24,000 nt of DNA from an uncultured Bacteroidota bacterium (GTDB lineage: Bacteria; Bacteroidota; Bacteroidia; Chitinophagales; Chitinophagaceae): NCBI GenBank assembly GCA_963811645.1, contig CAWERU010000003.1, positions 251,669-275,668 of the forward strand, given 5' to 3'. Shown piece after piece: positions 17,511 to 24,000 of the stretch (the first letter of the stretch is position 1; every line of letters starts with the position of its first letter). The notes under the pieces are model-generated. The model was not told the origin of the DNA, ran no database searches, and saw only the letters and a program-made list of their open reading frames with translations. The position numbers and the translations under genes were made by a program.

Positions 17511-19430
17511 ATGATTCCCTCGAAACCAATCACAATCCTGTGTTTTATATATAGCAAAATTTGCTACCTGATCTTATTTCACGTATCAGTTTTGGGTTTC
17601 CTTTTTACTATTGCCCAAACGAACATCAGTGGTGTTGTAAACAGTTATTATAAAGTAGTGGAGATTATTCCCGGCAAGGCTTGTGTAAGGCTAAATAACG
17701 TTACAGGCCTGGCCCGGTTACAAAAAACATTACTTATACAAATGAAAGGGGCCTCTGTTACTACTTCCAACAACAGCAGCTTTGGTGATACAACTTCGCT
17801 TAATAATGCCGGCAACTATGAAATTGCTATTATTTGTGCGATAGATGGTGATTCGGTTTTTATGTTTCATAATTTTTTGAACAATTATACCGTTGCTGAT
17901 AAAGTGCAACTGGTAAAATTTGCTGAATATTATTCTGCCAACGTTATTGATACAATAAAAGCTTCCCCCTGGAATAATACAATCGGTACAGGCGGAGTGA
18001 TTGCTATAAGTGTTTCCCAGGACTTAATATTAAATGCTCCCGTTTATGCAGATTCTTCTGGTTTCAGGGGAGGTGGTTATATATTAAGTAATGGAACATG
18101 TTTTAATGCCCCCCTTGATGCCACAAATTATTTTTATAACGCTTCTTCTGTTACCCCACAAAATGGTGCTTACAAAGGTGAGAGTGTTTATGATTTTCCC
18201 GCATCGCAAAGTGGTGGACGAGGTGCACCGGCAAATGGCGGAGGCGGAGGAAATAATCATAATAACGGTGGCGGAGGTGGTGCCAATTTAAGTGTGGGAG
18301 GAAATGGTGGCGGCAATTCCAGCAGCGCCGGCTGCAGGGGTGATTTGCATGGGGAAGCTGGCAAGGCACTCAAAAACTGGAATGGTGAAAAGATGTTTTT
18401 TGGCGGAGGTGGAGGTGCTGGTCATTCAAACGGAACACTCACTATTTCCAATGGTGGTGGCAATGGCGGAGGTATTATTTTTATCCATGCGGAAACCCTT
18501 ATTGGCAATGGATATAAAATATCAGCTAATGGAGGAGAAGGAGGGACTGCAGTTTCCGATGGAGCCTCAGGTGGAGGTGCAGCTGGTTCTGTCATCATGG
18601 ATATAAGCACCTATTCCGGTTCTGTAACTATACAAGCGAACGGCGGTAAAGGAGGGAATGAAAATGATGCAGGCACTCTACAAAGATGTTATGGTGCAGG
18701 TGGCGGCGGTAGCGGTGGTGTTATTTATTTTACAGCATCGATACCTGCTGTTTCAATTTCAGTTACCGGTGGAACTGCTGGTTCAGAATATGGAGGAGAC
18801 CCCGCATGTAATGCAGCCATACCGGCTGCCAGTGGTTCTGATGGCAGTACAATTTCTTCTTATCTCATTCGGCAATCAACCGATTCTGCATCATATTGCA
18901 TTTCGATTGCTCCTTTATCAGTAAGATTGATATATTTCAAAGCTGTGCCTGGTCAATCGAATATTCAATTGCAATGGGCGGTATCAAATCCCGAATTATC
19001 CATGGAGTTTATACCCGAAAAAATAATTGCTGATAACTGGTATCCTCTTCATGCAATACAGGCTGATGATCTGAAACAAGACTATATTTATACAGATGAA
19101 CACCCGGAACAAGGATTGAATTTTTACAGGCTTAAGATCATTGAAAAAAATAATTCTTTTTTTTATTCCCCCGTTCGGCAATTAAACGGAAATCAAAAGA
19201 GTAACCCATTTGTTCTTTATCCCAACCCTGCCTCTCAGCAGGTTATTGTTACAGGTAATTTTTCTTCTTTTACCGAAATAAAATTGTTTGACCTCTCCGG
19301 CAAATTAATATGGTATAAAAAAATAGCGGGCAGCAATGAAAGTATATCTATTGATCTCTCTTTGCTGCAGGCAGGAGTATATGCATTGCAAATTGACAAC
19401 GTTATAAAAAAACTTATTATCTGCAAATAA
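17511..19430 (+). CDS. T9SS-secreted glycine-rich repeat protein
   Basis: N-terminal hydrophobic signal region. The central region (~18050-18810) is dominated by GGxGG and polyglycine runs alternating with short beta-like segments (GGGIIFIHAETL, AAGSVIMDIS, SGGVIYFTAS). A beta-sandwich-like domain with the YRLK motif follows. The C-terminal 75 aa (19203-19427), NPFVLYPNPA...LFDLSGKLI...LLQAGVYALQI, form a type-A Por secretion tail. Confidence 0.85.
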   Translation: MIPSKPITILCFIYSKICYLILFHVSVLGFLFTIAQTNISGVVNSYYKVVEIIPGKACVRLNNVTGLARLQKTLLIQMKGASVTTSNNSSFGDTTSLNNAGNYEIAIICAIDGDSVFMFHNFLNNYTVADKVQLVKFAEYYSANVIDTIKASPWNNTIGTGGVIAISVSQDLILNAPVYADSSGFRGGGYILSNGTCFNAPLDATNYFYNASSVTPQNGAYKGESVYDFPASQSGGRGAPANGGGGGNNHNNGGGGGANLSVGGNGGGNSSSAGCRGDLHGEAGKALKNWNGEKMFFGGGGGAGHSNGTLTISNGGGNGGGIIFIHAETLIGNGYKISANGGEGGTAVSDGASGGGAAGSVIMDISTYSGSVTIQANGGKGGNENDAGTLQRCYGAGGGGSGGVIYFTASIPAVSISVTGGTAGSEYGGDPACNAAIPAASGSDGSTISSYLIRQSTDSASYCISIAPLSVRLIYFKAVPGQSNIQLQWAVSNPELSMEFIPEKIIADNWYPLHAIQADDLKQDYIYTDEHPEQGLNFYRLKIIEKNNSFFYSPVRQLNGNQKSNPFVLYPNPASQQVIVTGNFSSFTEIKLFDLSGKLIWYKKIAGSNESISIDLSLLQAGVYALQIDNVIKKLIICK

Positions 19431-19498
19431 GAGATGGAATGAAATGTCCTTGCTGATAGATTCGAACTAAACCCTACTTACAAGCCAAATCTTATTGT

Positions 19499-20596
19499 TT
19501 ATCTCAACGTAATTGCAGGTGCAATAGATTTGTCAGATTGAAAATTTTCTCCTACCAAACTGGCAATGGTCTGTGCAATTTGTTTCTGATAAATCTGTTC
19601 CTCATTTTTTATTTCGCCAAGAGGTTTAATATTGGGACCGATAAGTGCCAGCCAGGTTTGGGATGATCCACTTATAAACAATCCATGACTTGTCCATTTG
19701 GAAGAAGCTTTTCCTCTTCCGTGATCAGTAGTAATAATAAATGTGGTTTTGTCTTTATACCCCGGCGAAGATTGAACCCAATGCCAGAGTTCTGATATCA
19801 TTTTATCAATTTCTGCTGCTTTTTCAAGATAAAGATCATACTTGCCCTGATGAGCCATTTCATCTGTTTCACCAAAACCCAGGTAAACTATTTTCGGTTG
19901 AAATTTACGAACATACTCCTCCGCTGTAATAAATGTAAGCTCATCCTGTCTTGTTTCAGTTTTATTGTATACGGCATCATTTTCCACCTTATTGATCAGG
20001 CTTTGCTCCGCATTATCTTCTTCCATATTTTCATAACCGCTATTCATTTCAATCTTGCTTCTTTCTTTATTTAAAATATATGGAAACACATCCCATGAAG
20101 TAAACGCCACTACGTTGCCTCTATAATCAGTTTGTTGATTCAGGTATTCAAGCACATTTACATTTGGGTTTTCCCTTTTATTATTTGATGCAATAGTGAT
20201 ATCCGTTTTGCCGGTAAACATTTCATTATACCCCGGGTAAGAGAGAGAATAAAAATTTGAAACATTCATTTTGTTATTGAAATGACGGTTGCCGTATACT
20301 TGTCCTTTTTTAGCAAGCACATTCCAAAAGAAAGGCATTAGCTTCTTTCTTCTTTCGTCCGCATCAGGAGCCCAATACATCATTTTCATGGTTGAAGTAT
20401 CAGCAGTGTATTTCTCATTATTTATTAATAAAGAATCTGCCCCGGTAAAAACTTCCTGCCAGCGAAAGCCATCAATTGTAATAATGAAAAGATTTTGAAC
20501 TGGTCGGATCTGAGAAGAAATATCCTGTTGATTTGTCGGTTTTTCAGGAGCCCGCAAACATACTGCCAGTATAATGCAGGCGAACAAATGTTTCAT
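19499..20596 (-). CDS. Alkaline-phosphatase-superfamily enzyme, nucleotide pyrophosphatase/phosphodiesterase (NPP)-like, secreted
   Basis: Motifs ITIDGFRWQE, YSLSYPGYNEMFTG (nucleophile position), GETDEMAHQG and ITTDHGRG. I prefer the ATG at 20596 (MKHLFACIILAV...) over the TTG at 20614. Confidence 0.7.
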   Translation of the reverse strand: MKHLFACIILAVCLRAPEKPTNQQDISSQIRPVQNLFIITIDGFRWQEVFTGADSLLINNEKYTADTSTMKMMYWAPDADERRKKLMPFFWNVLAKKGQVYGNRHFNNKMNVSNFYSLSYPGYNEMFTGKTDITIASNNKRENPNVNVLEYLNQQTDYRGNVVAFTSWDVFPYILNKERSKIEMNSGYENMEEDNAEQSLINKVENDAVYNKTETRQDELTFITAEEYVRKFQPKIVYLGFGETDEMAHQGKYDLYLEKAAEIDKMISELWHWVQSSPGYKDKTTFIITTDHGRGKASSKWTSHGLFISGSSQTWLALIGPNIKPLGEIKNEEQIYQKQIAQTIASLVGENFQSDKSIAPAITLR

Positions 20597-20748
20597 TGTG
20601 TAACGGTTTTGCAAAAAAAGAAAGTCAATGTAACTGAACTGTTATCTGAGCATTATTTTAATGTTAGATAAAAATTGATAATGATTTGTTCATGTTGTAG
20701 TAACATACGGATTAAATATGTTGATAAATTTTGCAAAACTTTCCGCCC

Positions 20749-21588
20749 ATGCAAAAACGCTCTATTGATGTCGCCGTACTCTCGGACCTCCATTTGGGTA
20801 CGTATGGTTGCCGTGCCAAGGAAATTGTCACTTACCTTAAAAGTATCAGTCCGCAAATTCTGATCCTGAATGGAGACATCATTGATATCTGGCAATTCAG
20901 CAAACATTATTTTCCTCCCACACACGTAGCCGTGATTAAAGAAATACTTAACCTGATGACCTCCGGTGCAAGGGTAATTTATGTTACAGGCAATCATGAT
21001 GAAATGCTTCGCCGCTACAGTGAGCTGCAGTTAGGGCAATTTCAGCTTATAGACAAACTGGTGATCGAGATCGATCATAAAATGACCTGGATGTTTCACG
21101 GTGATGTGTTTGATAATACAACAAAAGGCAGTGCGAAGTTCTGGGCAAAGATGGGAAGCAACGGCTACGCCTTGCTGCTTGCATTCAATCGTTTTATTAA
21201 TAAGCTGATGAAACTTATCGGGAAGGAAAAAATTTCTCTTTCGAAACGAGTGATGAAGAAAGTAAATGAATCTATTGTCAAGATTAATGAGTTCGAAACA
21301 CTGGTAGCAGAACTGGCTATTGAAAAAAAATATAATTACGTGATATGCGGACATATTCATCAACCGCAAAAGAGAGTGATCAGTAATAAAGAGGGAAGTG
21401 TAGTTTACCTGAATTCAGGGGATTGGATTGAACACCTGACGTCTTTGGAATATTATGGCGGCGACTGGCACATTTATAAATATGAAGAATCGGAAATGAA
21501 AACTATCAATATAAAAGAAATGAAACGACGTACGACTGATGTAATGACTGACCAGATCGCGATCTATCTGCATTCTTTAGGAGCATAG
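20749..21588 (+). CDS. LpxH-family calcineurin-like metallophosphoesterase (UDP-2,3-diacylglucosamine diphosphatase-like)
   Basis: Motifs SDLHLG, NGDIIDIW, TGNHDE, FHGD and CGHIHQP, with an inserted helical lid between them. I prefer the ATG at 20749 over the TTG at 20731. Confidence 0.7.
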   Translation: MQKRSIDVAVLSDLHLGTYGCRAKEIVTYLKSISPQILILNGDIIDIWQFSKHYFPPTHVAVIKEILNLMTSGARVIYVTGNHDEMLRRYSELQLGQFQLIDKLVIEIDHKMTWMFHGDVFDNTTKGSAKFWAKMGSNGYALLLAFNRFINKLMKLIGKEKISLSKRVMKKVNESIVKINEFETLVAELAIEKKYNYVICGHIHQPQKRVISNKEGSVVYLNSGDWIEHLTSLEYYGGDWHIYKYEESEMKTINIKEMKRRTTDVMTDQIAIYLHSLGA

Positions 21589-21625
21589 CTATTATAAACG
21601 ACTGATTAAAATAAAAGCAACAAGG

Positions 21626-22651
21626 ATGAAAATTTTTTATGCTATCCAGGCTACAGGGAACGGACATATAAGCAGAGCTATGGAACTACTGCCTTATCTG
21701 GAGGAATACGGAACAGTTGATATTTTTTTAAGCGGTGCCAACAGCTCTCTCGTCCTGGATGCACCTATAAAATACAGGAGTAATGGTTTAAGTCTTTTCT
21801 ATAATTGTACCGGCGGATTGAACTACTGGAAGATCATGAAAGAATATCATCCTTTTAAATTGAAAAAGGAAATACAGGAACTGCCTGTTGAAAAATACGA
21901 TCTCATCATAAACGATTTTGAATATATCACTTCCGCTTCCTGTGCAAAGAAGAAAATTCCTTCTGTGCAGTTCGGCCACCAGGCAAGTTTTCAATCTAAT
22001 CGCACTCCAAGACCTGAAAATAAGAATTCTATTGGCGAATGGGTTTTAAAAAATTATGCAAAAACGACTCACCACATAGGATTGCATTTTGAAAAATATG
22101 ATGATTTTATTTTTCATCCTGTCATAAAAAAAGAGATACGTGAAGCCGAACCAACGGATAAAAATTATTTCACGGTCTATCTCCCTTCTTATTGTGAACC
22201 TCAGTTAGAACAGATCTTTCATCCCTTTAAAGAATTCGGCTTTCAAATATTCTCTAAAGAGATCACGCAGGTAAAAATTTCTGAAAACATTCGCTTTATT
22301 CCTGTTGATAAAAATCTATTTAACCAAAGTCTTATCCACTGTTCAGGCATCATTACAGGCGGAGGTTTTGAAACGCCCGCCGAAGTCATTCACCTTGGAA
22401 AGAAAATTATTTCGATTCCCATTCGCGGGCAATATGAACAGGTCTGTAATGCAGCGGCTTTAGAAAAATTAGGAATTACCTGCTTAAAAACTATTGATGA
22501 GAAGTTCTCTCCCATTTTTTATAAATGGGTAGAAGAAAAAAATTCTGTATGCATTGATTACAGCAAAACTGTTCCGGATTCGTTGGAATATCTTTTTGAA
22601 TTGTACGATAAAATGAAGACTACCCAGGGAGTTGAATATGCTCCTTATTAA
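21626..22651 (+). CDS. GT-B fold glycosyltransferase (MurG/GT28-like, MJ1255-type)
   Basis: N-terminus MKIFYAIQATGNGHISRA. The C-terminal half has GIITGGGFETPAEVIHLGKKIISIPIRGQYEQVCNA, a typical nucleotide-sugar binding region. Confidence 0.7.
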   Translation: MKIFYAIQATGNGHISRAMELLPYLEEYGTVDIFLSGANSSLVLDAPIKYRSNGLSLFYNCTGGLNYWKIMKEYHPFKLKKEIQELPVEKYDLIINDFEYITSASCAKKKIPSVQFGHQASFQSNRTPRPENKNSIGEWVLKNYAKTTHHIGLHFEKYDDFIFHPVIKKEIREAEPTDKNYFTVYLPSYCEPQLEQIFHPFKEFGFQIFSKEITQVKISENIRFIPVDKNLFNQSLIHCSGIITGGGFETPAEVIHLGKKIISIPIRGQYEQVCNAAALEKLGITCLKTIDEKFSPIFYKWVEEKNSVCIDYSKTVPDSLEYLFELYDKMKTTQGVEYAPY

Positions 22652-22758
22652 AATTCTCAAGTTGATTAATGTTTTGTATGAAACGGGTAAAGGAGAAACC
22701 GGTTGGCTCTTAAATCCACCATTACCGGCTCTCTTTACATCCGACCTCGTTAAGAAAT

Positions 22759-23427
22759 TTATTGACCCTGCCTTACTTTCAAAACGTAGGCTGGCAATAA
22801 CCCATGTGCTTCTTTATGGGTATTAATTATTGCGTTTGAATCTGGTGCTTGCGACAGGCAAAACACAGTTCCACTTTTTTCATCAACCCAATAATTGATA
22901 AAATTTACTCCATACTTCTTTTCAACAGCAAGATCTTTTTGATGTGCTCCGGCTACAGCTTCTTTAGTCACATTACCGGCGCCCAGATAATGCACATCAA
23001 GGAATAAATTTTTGTTGTCAGTGAGAAGTGCTTCTTGTCCTGGCGTCACCGTGTAAACATGCTGGGGCACCAGGCCATGTGCTTCACGATGCGTTTCAAT
23101 CATTGAATTTGAGTCTTTCGCAGAAGCAAGACAATACACTTTTCCTTTTTCTTCATCAACCCAAAACTTAATGAAGTTCACTCCATACTTACCTTCAGTG
23201 GCAAGATCTTTCTGGTGTGCCGCCATTACATCATCAAAAGTTACCTTACCCGGTCCGATGTCGTGTACATCCAGGAAAAGGGTTTCATTACCTGTCGTTG
23301 TTTTAGACTGCATGGGTTGAAGTCTCACCTGGTCTTTAGAAGAAAAATCAGATGAACTGAGTTTAGCCGATTGTTTGCACGCATTTATCATTACCGCTGC
23401 AACAATTCCAAATACAAAAATTTTCAT
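22759..23427 (-). CDS. Lipoprotein containing two tandem DUF4242 (SCO4226-like, putative nickel-binding) modules
   Basis: Signal peptide with lipobox-like ...VMINAC, a low-complexity linker, then two 82-aa modules beginning LFLDVH... Confidence 0.8.
   Translation of the reverse strand: MKIFVFGIVAAVMINACKQSAKLSSSDFSSKDQVRLQPMQSKTTTGNETLFLDVHDIGPGKVTFDDVMAAHQKDLATEGKYGVNFIKFWVDEEKGKVYCLASAKDSNSMIETHREAHGLVPQHVYTVTPGQEALLTDNKNLFLDVHYLGAGNVTKEAVAGAHQKDLAVEKKYGVNFINYWVDEKSGTVFCLSQAPDSNAIINTHKEAHGLLPAYVLKVRQGQ
22762..23280 (-). repeat. Intragenic tandem duplication: module 1 at 23035-23280, module 2 at 22762-23007
   Basis: My hand alignment of residues 50-131 against 141-222 gives 51 of 82 identical positions. 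Shared blocks include LFLDVH, AHQKDLA, KYGVNFI, WVDE and EAHGL. Confidence 0.9.
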
Positions 23428-23831
23428 TGTTAAGTTTTTAATTAATCAAATATTTTACGTAGCAAAATAAATTCGGTGACACGAGCATTATTTACGAGTT
23501 TCACCCCATTTTATGATTATCTCTTCCCTATTTTATCAGCCTGTTCAAAAAACTGTCTTCAGAAAAAATCATTTCTAAACCATTTGCATAATGGAAAGAA
23601 ATAGCAGTAGTGGATTTCAGTCTTTGTTCTGCAACCGAACAACGGAATTTTTGTTTCACTTGGACATGAATAAAAACTTACGCTTGTTAATATTAGAAAT
23701 GCAAAAAAAATTCCATTGGGAAATTGGTAATAGTTGATAATTAGTTGAAACACTAAACAACCTTTTCATTTCCTTAGCCGATTGTAGGTTTTCCCTATTT
23801 TGGAAACACGCCTTACCTATTTTTATTGAGC

Positions 23832-24000
23832 ATGGAACTTATCGAAAGGAATGACTTTCTCTTATCACTGAAAAAGGAATTTAAAAAAATCTCTTCCGGG
23901 GAAGGCCATTCATTTTTTATAATAGGAGAGCCTGGTATAGGCAAGACCTCGTTGGTAAAAACATTTCTGAAAGAGATTGAAGATAATAGTATTCAATATA
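23832..24000 (+). CDS. AAA/P-loop ATPase, probable N-terminus of a large signal-transduction regulator (partial, runs off the 3' edge)
   Basis: Absent from the ORF track. The frame from ATG 23832 reads MELIERNDFLLSLKKEFKKISSGEGHSFFIIGEPGIGKTSLVKTFLKEIEDNSIQY with Walker A GEPGIGKT and stays open to the window end. Confidence 0.7.
   Translation, partial: MELIERNDFLLSLKKEFKKISSGEGHSFFIIGEPGIGKTSLVKTFLKEIEDNSIQY

Noticed and set aside
18091-18924. Five overlapping ORFs on both strands (62-104 aa) inside the glycine-rich region
   Set aside because: Runs of GGN codons suppress stop codons in several frames. The frame with the signal peptide and Por tail explains the region.
22632-22826. 64-aa plus-strand ORF
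   Set aside because: It overlaps the end of the glycosyltransferase gene and the 3' end of the DUF4242 gene, and has no recognisable features.
23559-23753. 64-aa minus-strand ORF in the long intergenic region
   Set aside because: The sequence is Phe/Ile-rich and low-complexity, with no signal or motif and no plausible -7 box. I treat it as noncoding pending transcript data.

Overview
AT-rich Bacteroidota-type chromosomal window. Supporting signs are a T9SS type-A C-terminal sorting domain, TAnnTTTG-like -7 boxes and mostly Shine-Dalgarno-less A/T-rich leaders; finer taxonomy cannot be proven from the sequence. I support 20 protein-coding genes and saw no rRNA, tRNA, CRISPR array or IS/transposase. 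Layout: (i) a minus-strand F1Fo ATP synthase operon, atpB-atpE-atpF-atpH-atpA, with atpA running off the 5' edge and missing from the ORF track. (ii) A minus-strand pair: a 739-aa secreted protein of unknown function abutting a fused ABC exporter. (iii) On the plus strand, an OmpR-type response regulator and a histidine kinase with no sensor domain. These are followed by an ethanolamine-permease-like transporter, a glutamine-synthetase-like gamma-glutamyl ligase, an iron alcohol dehydrogenase, and one ORF fusing a PuuD-type gamma-glutamyl hydrolase to an aldehyde dehydrogenase. This is my best candidate for an undescribed system: B12-independent, gamma-glutamylation-dependent amino-alcohol catabolism (ethanolamine to glycine). 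(iv) A secreted amidohydrolase. (v) A T9SS-exported polyglycine-rich protein. (vi) An NPP-family phosphodiesterase, an LpxH-family phosphoesterase and a GT-B glycosyltransferase. (vii) A lipoprotein built from two tandem DUF4242 modules. (viii) The start of an AAA/regulator gene at the 3' edge. All functional calls rest on motifs I recognised by eye in the translations; no database search was run.
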